From: Vicugna vicugna
Lineage: Eukaryota
NCBI GenBank assembly: GCA_013265495.1
Contig: MU062841.1
Coordinates: forward strand, 9,635,786 to 9,699,785
Reading direction: 5' to 3'
DNA length: 64,000 nt
Below the pieces are notes generated by a model, which saw only the letters and a list, made by a program, of their open reading frames with translations, was not told the origin of the DNA and did not search any database. This document shows positions 24,101 to 36,500 of this stretch, piece after piece (position 1 is the stretch's first letter; each line of letters begins with the position of its first letter). The translations under genes were made by a program, and so were the position numbers.

Positions 24101-27100
24101 CCTCACTTTACAGAGGAGGACACAGACGCCCCAAGAAGGGACATGGAGCCATGTTGAGAGCCAGGCCTCCTGCCTCCTGCCCACAGCTCCTCTTAACTCC
24201 TGTGTCTCCACTTGCTCGCTGTCTGGATCACACTTTGGGTGATCCTCTTTGCGTGCCAGTGAATAATGAATTCGGTACATTCTTGTTCTAACAAACGCCT
24301 GAAAAAGAAATTCTCTCCAAGACCCTTGAGGTATGCTCTGGAGAGGAAAGCCTTTATTGTATAAAATAACTGTTAACGTTTTGGGTGTGCAATGTTTCAC
24401 ATTGTCTCGTTTAATCCGTAGCACAAGTACTATTCCCTTTCTACCGATGACACGGTACAAAGTTCCCCAATCACTTCCCTTGCAAGGAAAGATTGAAACT
24501 CGCTTCTCCATCTGTCTGATCCAAAACTTGTGTACTAATTAAATCTCAACAGCACCAGAAAAAAAAAATCCTCTCATCTTTTGTTGCACTTGTTTCTTCT
24601 CCTTAGGGGTGGGCTGAGGATGGCATAGAGTCAATAGGGAAGCACGACTGGGTAGAAGAAAGCCCTGGGTCGGGAGCAGAAGACACATGTTCAAGACTTG
24701 CCTCCACCACAAACTTGCTGTGTGATTTGCCTGACTGTCCTGGGGGTGACTTCTTTTTTAGAATCTCTTCCAGCTCTAAAATTCTTCCTTCGAATGTTTC
24801 CTAGAATTAGACCTTTAAACTATGACAAAGCTTGAGATAGATAAGACAGATGACAGACAGACAGACAGAGAGCAGCTGGATAACCAGACACATACACACG
24901 GGCTCACGGGTGCCCACCGCGTCCCCACGCACGCTGCCCAGAAACATGTGCTTCTCTTGCACAAACTGTACGTTCCCTTTGTTCTTCTGGACTTCTTCCC
25001 TGTTGATGGTTGGCAATCAAGAAAGTGACTCCTGAGAGCCGTTTTAAGGCTTCACCTGCTGTCAGATGGGGCCTAGGTGTCAGGCTGGGACGGACAACGC
25101 TCCTCAGTGCTCCTAGACCAGCCACTTCACATAGGGTGACCATTTAATTTATCGTCTAAACCAGGACATTTCTGAGAGTGAAAGGGGGTCCTATTAGTAC
25201 TCAGTCTGGGACAGCAGAGATGAAATGGAACTGTTCTATGCAAATCGGGCCATAGGGTCACCCCAGTTGTGATGATTCCCCACTCCAACCTAAACACAGG
25301 AAGAAAAAGAAACTGCCGTTTAAAGCGAATACCGACAGAAGTGAACTGTAGGCCTGATTCTGCCCTCTAGGGCGGGTATGATATAATTCATCTTAGTGAG
25401 AAAACTGACAACACATATGATCCTATTCAAAGGAAGACTGAAATTTCTGAGCTTCTGCTGTTTATTATTTTTTTTTCGGAGCTGCTAAAGAAAAGCGCCG
25501 TGGAGTAGGCGGTAATTTGTTTTGCAGGGTGTGTTAATGAGTTTTTGAATATGCAAATAGAAGCTGGGAAAGGAAACCGAGAACCCAATCTCTCTGCCTA
25601 ATAAGGAGAAGAATGAGTTTCTAAGGCAGCGGGAGAGGTGGAGAGGGGGAGGCAGGAACTCCACAGCCAGGTGTAGGGAAGAGCAGGGGAGGGGAGGGGA
25701 GGGGACGGTGGGCGAAGAGGAACCATTTCTCTATTTCCAGCTGGTTTCTGTGCTGACCTGTGATGCACCCCCACCTCCTCCCCATCTCTCACCCCACTCT
25801 GCCAGCAGAAGCCCTGGCCAGGGAAACGAGGACAGGAGTCTGGGTTCCTCATTTGGGCTCAGGTGGGAAGGAGCAGTGAGAACAGCTCATGAATCAATAG
25901 TGAGAACAAATTCATGAAACTGGAAAAAGGGGAAACCAGGGGAAACAGAAGCCGCGCCCACAATTCCCAGAGCTTTGCGGCTGGTACAGGGGACACTGAG
26001 TCTCCTCGCCATACAGTTAAAGTGGCTCCAGCCCTCCTTAGTAGGACACCAAAGGAAGGGTGTCTCCCTAAGGCTGGAGGGCGTGGGGACTGGAGTCGTG
26101 TATGGGGCCCCCTGGAGCTGCAGAGCCAATGGGGCAGCCTGTTGGGGCCACCCTGGTGGCTACTGGAGGCGTTTATATCAAAAGAAACATTCGAAACAGT
26201 GAACAAGGTGATGAGGAAGGAAAGGACATGCTTACTTCTCCCATCCACTCTGCCCTAGGAAAGGAATGGAGGAGAAATTAAACAGAATCCACGTTGGTGT
26301 CTTGTCTGCCTTTCTCAAGAGAACTGGAATGCATTCCTTGCCTTCCAGGAGGAACACCTGGGTGCGCCCCCGTGTCCTGCTCAGAGCTAGACACACACAC
26401 TAAGATGTAGCGCGGGCCCATCTGACTCCGCAGCTACCCGTCCTGCAGACAGCGTGCTCTAGCGCCTTCCTCTGAGGGCCAGCTTCGCCCCCCATCTGCC
26501 AGCATCCTGGAGTTTTGGTGCAAACCACCCCGTTTCAAGCAGGACACTTTCGACAGTGTCAATGTCATGAGAGGCATTTCCCAAACTCTGTTCTGTAGAA
26601 CGCTGGCCCTATGAGATGCCGAAGTTGGGAGAAAAAGGCCTCTGTGTTGAATCAGTTTTGACATTGCTAGGGAAATCGACATTACATGCGTTTTTACTAC
26701 AACCTTGACTCTACTGGCAAGCACGGTGACTTTCTTGAATGGGGAGGAAAGATATATATGCGGTGTTTTCCAAGGTCATTAAATGACTGGGTCTACTCTG
26801 TGTGTGCGTAGCGGGCGATACCTACTACTATCTCATGGAAGCAGTGAGGTTTTGCACAGAACACAGACAACGAGGCAGTGACAATACTGTTTCATACCAT
26901 TGCTAAGTACGTCACATGCATTGTCTGGTGTAATCTTCCCCAGAAGCCTTTGAGATGGGCTCTGTCATCATCCTCACTTTGCACAGGAGGAAACTGAGGC
27001 TCAGAAAGCGTCAGGCAGTCCCCCGAGTTCACACTGGCAGGATCAGAAGAACACGGGTTGCTGTGACTCTAACCTCTTAACCTCGCTGGGCTACTGATGC

Positions 27101-30100
27101 CTGCAGTGACTCTCACACAAGAGTAAGGAGATGCGCGAGGAGGGAGAAGGGGGCAGTGGGTTTGCTGAGTGGGAGCCTGGTGGTGGTGTGTGAAGTCACA
27201 TTACTGAGAACCTTTACCAGGGCTCAGGGGGAGCAAAAGTTGAGAAGCACACATTTCTTGTCAGTTAGGAGATGTTGGCAGAAATACCAAGTTCAGACCA
27301 CTCCTTCCAAAGGCTGACAGTGAAGAAAAGGAAAGAGCAAAGGTGGGCTGCCCCCGGGGGAGGTGGGGATGAGGGAAGCTGTTCTCTGAGGATGGAGGGT
27401 ACCAGAGAACCATTACAGGTGGTGGGGCGGGAGAAGCCCACGAGTGAGGTGCCGCCCAGGACCCTGGGGGTCAGCTTCAAGGCCCCCACCAGCTGTGCAC
27501 ACGTAGGAACCCCTCTTTCTAATAAACTAGTGACTGCCCATCCGGGGTCCAGGGCACCTCCAGACTGGGGATGACACTGGGGAAAAGGCATTCGCGATAC
27601 TACTGAGTGGCCTCTATACTCCAAATCAGAATAAAATCTTTGTCTGCTTTTGGCCTCCTTTCATCCCGTCAGCTAAAAACATCTTCCCAAACATAGTAAG
27701 CTGTTGGTAAATCCTTGGAGCCAAAATCAAGGGAGCACATGTAAAATACGGATGGAGAGAGTCCAGCTCCCGAGGCAGCGCTTCTGAATGTGGGGCTCTC
27801 TGCCCCAGTGGCGGAGCGAATCCACAAAACCCAGGTCCCGACCAGCGGCGCGGCTCCTGGGGAAGGGCGCAGAATGCCCTCTGTTATCCTGCTGCCTCTT
27901 TGGCTCAGAGAGACACAGGCCTGCACTTCACAGAGATTCTAAGCCATGGCCATTTGGTTTCACCTTGAAAAGCCGCGCAGGCCTGCAGGCTCCCAATCCT
28001 AACCACCAGCTCGGCCATCCAGGGTGGCCCTGGGTGAAGCGTAGCTGGAGCCCCACGTGGCCACCGGGATAATGCTATGCAGGCACCTCGGCCAGGCACC
28101 TGGGCTGCCTGGCATCTGGATGACACCCAGGGAGCTGACGGATGCTCCCTCCCAGGCTGGTGGCCAGCATCCCTTGGGGCCAGACAGGAGGAAGGCTTTG
28201 GTACGCAGGATGGCGAGGGTCTTCAGGTTCTGAGAAGTGGTCCAAAGCTCTGGCTCCAAAAATCTATCTCTGCTTGTGGGTACAACTCATCCAGCTGGCA
28301 TCTGGTTGTTCCAAAGGAGCCAGCTCCATGGCCACTCCTCACCCTCTGCCTTCCATCCTGCCCCACACAGCTCTCCATCCCCTGCTTAGCTTCCTTAACT
28401 CGGGCTCCTGGCCTGGGCTAACTCTCCCAGCCTCTCGCTAGCATGCTTCCCCGCGGAGACGCTCCCTCCCAGTGCTGCCCTGTAGTGTCCTGGAGAGCCC
28501 ACCCTGTGGCCCCACCCGCAACACCTCCTGCCTGTGTCCCCCTGTTTGAGCCCGTTTCAGTGGCTGAGACCTGGGCTCACCGCTCGGAGGAAGGTTTGCT
28601 ATTACTAAGACGGCCCAAAACATTGCATATATATTTTCTAACCATACAGCCACGGGAGGTAGCAGTCACGTTCTCTAGCACAGATGAGGAAACTGAAGAC
28701 CTAAGTGATTAAGTAGCTTGATCGAGGTCACCGAGCAAGTGGGTGGGAAAGCACAGACACGTGTCCACACTGCAAGTGTGCCTGTGTGCGTGCATCTGTG
28801 TGCATCTGTGTGGCTGCCCTGAGGTTCAAAGCAGCTTCCACTCAAACCAACCCAGATCTGTAATTACAGGCTTCTTATAATCTGACTGTCATTCTCTTTA
28901 GGAACATTAAATGTAGGTGAATTTAAGTTAAATTTAAGGACAAAACTTCAGAGCAAATACTTAAAGCAGGCAAAGCTCCTAAGCCTCAGGCCTGTTATCT
29001 TCCTTCACCAGCTCTGCCTTGTTCTTCTCACCACACATTCTCAGCCTAGTCACCAGCCTGGGTGCCAGTGCCTACGGCCTTCACTGCACTCACTCAGCAA
29101 AGCCCCCAGGTGGACAGGACCATGGGACGGATGCCTCAGCCCAGGGCCGAGTGTGTGTCAAGCCCTGGGCCCAGCACTTCCCATGTCCTTTATTCCCCAT
29201 TCAACAGACGAGGAAGAAGAGGCATGGAAAGGTAAAAGGACCAGCCCCGGCTCACACCGCCGGGAAGTGGCAGAAGCCGGGTGGGGTCTCCAGCATCCGG
29301 CTCCAGAACTCAAGCCCATCCTGTGTCTTCTACTGCACCCCGAGCTTCTGAATTCATTCTAAACCCCGTTTTTCTGCTTTTGCCAAAAAACATCCTCCTT
29401 CGCATCTTTCTTGAACCAGAAGGGAAAAAACCCCCACATCTTCCAGCAACTGCACTGGCTGCAATCCGTAACCACCTGCTGGGGGAGCCGGCCCCGGGTC
29501 CCAGCCAACACCAGCCTGTGAGCCCAGGAGACAGGGTCCCGGGGCTTGGGTCTCCCTCATGGCGCTGGTTCCCCAGGCCCAGTGCGTTTGGTGTTACTTC
29601 CCCACTTGATGGAGGAGGGAACTGAGGTTCCGAGAGGATAAGCAACTTGCCCGGGGTTCACAGCTCATGACCCGTGGGCCAAGCCCTGGATCATAGCCCC
29701 TTCTCGACTGGGCCCCAAAGTGCACGCTCTCTCCTTTATACTCGGTGGGTTTTAAATCAGAGCATTTGAAACACAGAGACAGCAGGCACTCCTCTATAGT
29801 AGAAGAGCACAGTGAATAGAACTGAAAGCAGCCTCACCAGCCACATGCTGATGGGCCCCTTCATCTTCCTGTCACCGCGTGCATGATGGGGAGGGTCATT
29901 ATGCTTGGATTAAAGCAGGGCTCACAAACCCAAATGCCCACGGAGGCCAACAGGTGATGAGATGAGTGGCCCAGCCTGGGGCATTTACTGTAATGTACTA
30001 GGCAGTGGCAGGCATGGGGTAAACCAGGGAATACAGGCCTGGCTTGGCAGGGTGCTATGACTTTGCCCCAGTTCATTGCTGCCATGAGGGAATGTGGGTC

Positions 30101-30531
30101 TGGTGCTGCCAATTTCATTTACTTTTCAAAAGAAGCCAAGAATCCAGATTTTTATGTGAAATCTCTAAGTTTTTAAATGATGAAAACTAATTCAAATGTT
30201 TCTTTAAACATTCAAGCCAAACAAAACACATCTGGCCACTGGGTTCACTTGCTGGGTGCCATTTTGTGACATCCGGTTTAAAAGTTCATAGAGGATATGA
30301 ATTTAGTCCATTTAAAGAAAGTTCTATTTTGTGTAAAATTATCAGGTTAGTGTAAAAATTATCAAATGTTTCTCTAGACACCGTATAAGCCAAACAAAAC
30401 ACAAAGCTGGATCCAGCTTTCAGGGTGCCATTTTGTAACATCCAGCTTCAAAAGTTCATAGAGGATATAAGCTGAGTTCATTTAAAGAAGGATCCCTTTA
30501 GCGTAAAAATTATCTCTGCAAGTCAAGACAT

Positions 30532-30563
<32 letters not shown>

Positions 30564-33500
30564 CAACCAATTTACTAATGAAGGTATTTCTCCCAGCAGT
30601 GATTGCTCTGAAGATACTTGGTTCAACAGAAGAAAAGGACCCATGCTGCCACTGCCCCAAGCTTGTTGGGCAGATGCGACAAGAGTCTTGCCATGACCCC
30701 CCTTGTCTGTAGTTAGCAGATCTGTCATGCTACACAGTCATGGAATGATCCTGGGGAAACCGAGGCACAGCAAGAGCTAGACTGACAGTGACCACTGCAA
30801 ACAAATTGCTCACCCATCTCTGTAGCTTGTGCCCTTTGGCAAGGACACATCCCTACTGTCTCCTTCCTGTTTGGTCAGTGACCTGTTCTCAATTGATATT
30901 GTTAAAATCTGAGCTAAGGATGATTCAACTCCCATTGGCCCTAGACTAAGTGACTAGATCCAAACATCCAGCCATTGCTAATGGTCCCTGGGCCCAGCAT
31001 TAAGCGGACTGGCATGCAGGGGGAGGATGAAGGGACAAGGGGGCCCTAGATCTCTTGCTTCCTCGGGAAGGAGGTGCTTACCAACAAGCCATTGGAGCCG
31101 TGGACAGTGACGCAGCGAGAGAACGTGTGGTGGATGGAGAGGTCCTTGACATACGTGGGTGGGTTGTAGCCTCCCTTCTCATCCACGTCACCCGCCAGGT
31201 GGAAGTGAATTGGGTACTGACCCACCAGCTGCTGGCCCATGTGCTTCAGCTCCACGCCCTCCAAGTGTGCAGCCTTAAACCCCAGTGCAAACTGCGAGAG
31301 GAGAACCGAGAGTCAGAAGGAATCCATGAGGTGCCCCCGATCCCCCTCGCTAGTGCCCACACTCCGAAAATGCACACATGTTGTTCTCAAAGTGCTCCAT
31401 TAATTCCTGTTTCGGGTACTCAGTACCTCAAAGATATTCTCTGCAAATGGGCCAGGATGCCTAGTCCTTCCTACCTCAAAGGAGACAAGGTGCTGCTAAT
31501 AATATAGGGACGTTGCAAGGCAATGAACTACCTGGAATGAAGAGATGCAGTGGGACTGTGCAATAGCTGGGGCTTGTTTCAACCCTCTTTTCCTGCCTCC
31601 TAAGCCGCTGAGTGTTATGGGAAAGGAATAACCCTGAGATAACCTGGGGGGAGGCTGGCAAAAAGCATGCCCTAGGAGGGTTGGGGGATCCAGGTTAGGG
31701 TAGACCACGGGGCAGTAAGAGCCTGTGCCTTAGCTCACCATCTGAAGCCCTCTCCCAGCCGTGGGAAAGGGATGCTGAGCTGGGAGTCCTCAGCCGCCGA
31801 TAACTCTGGTAGCGTGTGTGTGAGTGGCGGGGCGCTCCACTCGCTCACTTCATGCTACACCCAGAGCCACTCCTAGCTTGCTCAAGGGAACCACTCGCTC
31901 ACACTGAACGTCTTCACTCCAGGAACTCACCATAAAAGCACAGCTTAAAAATGATTCCTGTCAAAAGTTGAGCTCAGCCAACTTCTACTAGAGAAGGATG
32001 ACTTAAGGACATGCTAACCGTTCCTTCCAAAAATAGGTGTCAGTGGGGATGCCAACTCCAGTAGCAGCTGCCCTGGAGCGCTGTGTTGAGAATGATTCTG
32101 AGGCCCAGTTTGGGCAAGGTGGCAAGGAGTGCGCTGATCACTCAGGGATTACCCTCAAAATGGGAAATGGGGTTGCAGCCTGCTATTTTTGCTTTAGTCT
32201 CTCTGACAAGCTTCTCATCTGAAGATTATACCACCACCCCTGTCCTCACCACATCCCCAGAACTGACTGGAAATGTGTAGAAGTGTTTTGAGGGGTTGCA
32301 ACGACTGGGAGCACTGCTAGCATTTAATGAGTGGGGGCCAGGAATCCTAGAAATCCTATAATGCAGGCCTGCATGACAAAAAATAATTATCTTATATATG
32401 ATGGTAGGAACCCCATTAGGAGCTCTCTAAGTTTCACTCCATTATTCTTTTCACTTAGATTACCAAAAAATCTTATCCTTCAAAGCATGTGGTTTTAGCC
32501 TCAAGAGAATTGTCTTTACAAAACTCCACAGTACTATTGTTCCTCTATTAGCTTCAATCCCAAATCACTGAAAGCAACGGTCACGTGAGGAATGTTGGGG
32601 TGTCTTACGGTATTCAGTCTGCCAGCAAAAGGCACTTTATAGAGAGATGCAAAGAAATTCCTCTTGGAGCTTAATGCTAGGAAAATGTGAACTCCAATGA
32701 GCTGATACAATTTTCCTTTATTGCACCATGAGAACTCAGCAGCTCACCATCTCCGTCTTAGCCTTGAGCTCCACCTGAAGCTCACAGGGAAATGTAATGC
32801 TGGCACTTCGAGCTCTTCTCCCTTGTTTATCATTTTATCTGTATTTTAATGGATCTAATGTAAATGTGACTTTTTGTGACTTTAACGCAGTTCTTTTAGG
32901 GAGCGGTCAGGGTTAAGTAATGAAGAAAGGGGATGAAAGCTGTGGTCCAGGGTTGAAAATCATGAAGGCCACGTGCCATGAGACTGGGGAGCAGAGAGAC
33001 GTTCCTCTATCATCTCTCTTGTTCCTGAATATTGACCGAAGGAACTGAGTAATGCGTAATACGTAAGATTTCTCCAACTTCCAGAAGGTACTCTTCCCTT
33101 GGTCCTACCTCTGCCCCTCCATCCCCTTTCCTATCAGGAATCCCTGCCCATAGGCTGGCACTGTGGGGATTCTCTGATTGGGCTGCCTCAGCCAGGCAGA
33201 CTCATACCTTGATGTGGCCCCCAAAGGTGTCGAAGTCAAAGAAGCTGCAGATGTGGGTGCTGTACGGGTAGCACTCATCCTCCATCTCCCCCATCACCAC
33301 AATGTTCCGGCTCAGGAGCCCAACCTCGGCCCGCATGTCCACACCATCTATCTCCTCCCCGATGTGCAGGTACATTGGTTTCCCTAGGGCAGAGAGGAGG
33401 GGAGAAGGTGAGAAATCAGAGGCACTGCAGGTCTTCCAGGCAGGTCTCTTCCAGGCAGGTCCCCGCCAGGTGCTTCTGCAGCTGCTGCTTACATGGTGCA

Positions 33501-36500
33501 TGGTGGTTCCCATGGCCCCAAGTCTTGTTTTATAGAAGGATGAAGCCCAGGGAGGTGAAATTACTTGCTTGAATGAAGAGCCAGGAGCCACCGCCATGCA
33601 CGCTTATGTCTGAAGCCCATGGAAGAAGTGGCTATTTGTCCCTCAGTATCTGTCCCCTCTTCTGCTTGTCAGTGTGAGACTCTCTTGTTTTAGCTAGACA
33701 CGTGGTTCCTGGGACAACCACGATTCCCAGCCCCGCTACAGGCCAGGGTGGTCACAGGATGAGCAGAAACAGCAGGTGCAGCCTGCCGGTGGCCGCTGCT
33801 CTTGCTCATCCCCGGGGCTGGGATGTGGACGTTGGTGGCGGGCCAGCCTCGCCCATGCGGGTGACAACATGCCGTAGAGATGGCAGAGCAACAAGAGAGA
33901 AGAAACCCGCTCTCTGGATGACCCCACAGAACTCACATCCTGGACGGCCCACCGGTTGGGATTCTTATGGACGAAACATAAAACAAATCCTGTCTTTACA
34001 GCCACTAATATGAAGCAGGGCAAATCCGTATTGTGTTGAATGAGGCAAGTCTGCGTCCTACTTCCCTCCTCCGTATGTGGAGTGTGTATCCACAACTGGA
34101 TTTCCTCGAAAGAACCAGACTGGAGCTTCTGTGTCCAGCACTGTGGCCGAGCTCTGGATACCTCTATGGTGCCACACAGAACAGTGAAAAAGAGCTTGCA
34201 GCCCACTCTGTGTTGACCTCGCCGCCACCTCCCTCCCTCCCCACGGTCCTGGAGGAGAGGACGTGCTCTCCTTTGGACCACTGACCCCAGCCCGCCCCTT
34301 CCCAGTCTCGAGGGCCTTGACCCCAGTAGCATGCCCCCTCCAGGAGTTTCATGTCTTCCCTCACTTGGGTTCCTTACGTTCTATTTCAAACTCATCTAGG
34401 CCTTCCTAGCCTTAAAAGATGAACACACAAAAGATACTCTTGCCCAACTCTGCTGCCCCTTCCAGCTCTTGTCTGCCACCTCCGGCCATGGCCAGGGTCC
34501 CTCGACCTACCGCCTTTTCCTGTCCCTCTGTTTTCTTTTTACTGTCTCCCTCCCACCTCTGCACTCAATCTCTTGTCCAATCCACTTCATTTCGCCCTCC
34601 ACCTCCTCCTCCTCTATCCGGGCAGCAAATGCACCCTAAGAAAGGTGGGAAGTGACAAGCACTTGGAACTTTGGATCTGTCCTGGTCACCTCCACAACAA
34701 CCCCAGAAACCTCGTTTCTGAAATGAAGGGACCTCGGGCTGCCCCTAACTTCAGCTCATCGCTGAGACTGCTGACCTGGCCCCTAGGTGCCTTCTCTTCA
34801 AGGATGCAGTTACAGAGCACAACAATCTCTTACCTCAATTTGCAGCCCAAACCACACCACAGACACCATGTGGCTTCCCTGTGACCTTGACTTGAGCAAC
34901 CGCAGAGCACAGAGCTCAGCCCCGTGACACAACCAGTGCCCACAGTCAAAGGCTGTGGGTCTAATGAGCCGTAAGCAGCACCCACCCTGCTCTCGGTGCC
35001 CTCACCCCGCTCCCTTACCCACAGGAGGGGCTGGCTCCCCTGCCCGGCCCGTCACCCAGCACACATCCCGCGGGCGGGCGGGTCTGCAGTCCCTCTGAGG
35101 ATGTTTATTGTTTTAGAATTCTGCAGACTCAGGGAGGTGGTGGTTTCTTTGAAGCATCTCAGTCCAAGATGCAAAAGCACTGCATGGCAAAGCTGAGAAA
35201 ACACTCCCCCTGGAATCCGCATTCGCCTCCTCTGGCTGCTGTAACCGCTCACCACAAACTTCACGGCTTAAAACAACAGGGATTTCTATTCTGACAGTCC
35301 TCGGGGTCAGAAGTCCGAAGTCAGTTTCACCGGGTCAGCAGGCAGGCTGCGGGCACGGCGGGTTCGGCCCAGGGCTCCGGGGAGGGTCCGCTCCTGGCCT
35401 TCCGCAGAGTCCATTGCCACCCGTATTCCTTGGCTGGTGGCCCCTTCCTCCATCTTCGCTGTGCAACACTCCAGTCTGCTACAGTCGTCACATCACTTTC
35501 TCCTCTGACTCTGACCCTCCTGTATCCCTCTTATAAGGACCCTTTTGATTCCACGAGCCCGCCCAGATCATCCAGGATCATCCCCTATCCCACAGGCCTT
35601 AACTGAATCATACCTGCAAAGTCCCTTCTGTCACGTAATGTAGCACTCACAGTCACCAAGGATTAGCACAGGGACACCTTTGGGGGCCGTTACTCAGTCT
35701 GCCACAGGGTCCTTCTTTTAAAAAGTCTCAGGTATTTTAAAAGTTAACTGTTCAAAGAGTCTATTTACTATAAGGTACTGTCATCCCCTGAGCTTCCTGA
35801 TGCCAAAGGGCCAGGAGTGGACGCCACGGCCGGGGGCTGTCAGGCCTTCAGCTTCACGCAGGTTCTGACATCGACCAGAGGAGAGAGTCTGAAGCAAGTC
35901 AGTGCTGCAGAATGCTGGGGCCTGCCCTCCAGCGCATCCCACTGTGGCTTCTGGCTTGGGCCACAAGGCCACGTGTCTGTACAGTTTTAAGGCCCAGAAG
36001 CACAGTCCCCTCTGGCTACCCATGCGGAGCCTCTCTCCCATCCCTGGGTTGTCTGCGGCTACTGGACCTTCACAAGCAGCCAGTCTCAAGGACTTCAAGT
36101 GGGATTTAGGTCTTCTGCACCCCGGCTGGACAGAAAGCTGCACCCAGAGCAGCGTCCGATGCTGATAAGGAAAGGGGCTCCCGGGCATGCCAGCTTTAAA
36201 CCCCCAAAGTCCAGTGACTGATCGAGAATTGATTGCATGTGTCTAACGATAGAGAGTCAGGCCCAGAAGGATCCAGAAGGGCTTTCAGCAGTCACTTAAG
36301 CCAGCTCCCTAACTTCACCCTTGAGGAAACTGAAGGCAGACAATGCGCAGGGCTTGCCCAGTGATCTGGTGGAGGCAGGGGTGAGAATGTGGGGGACACG
36401 ACCCTCACGAAAAGAGGTCCTCTCGGCACCTATGACTGCTGCTGGGTGCTGTTCTGCACCTGAGCAGGACCTCATGGGGCCTCCGTGGGACAGACCCCTC

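Noticed and set aside
32400-32960. Possible decayed hAT transposase remnant after the MER20B-like fragment
   Set aside because: AT-rich and suggestive, but I could not match a consensus or a reading frame
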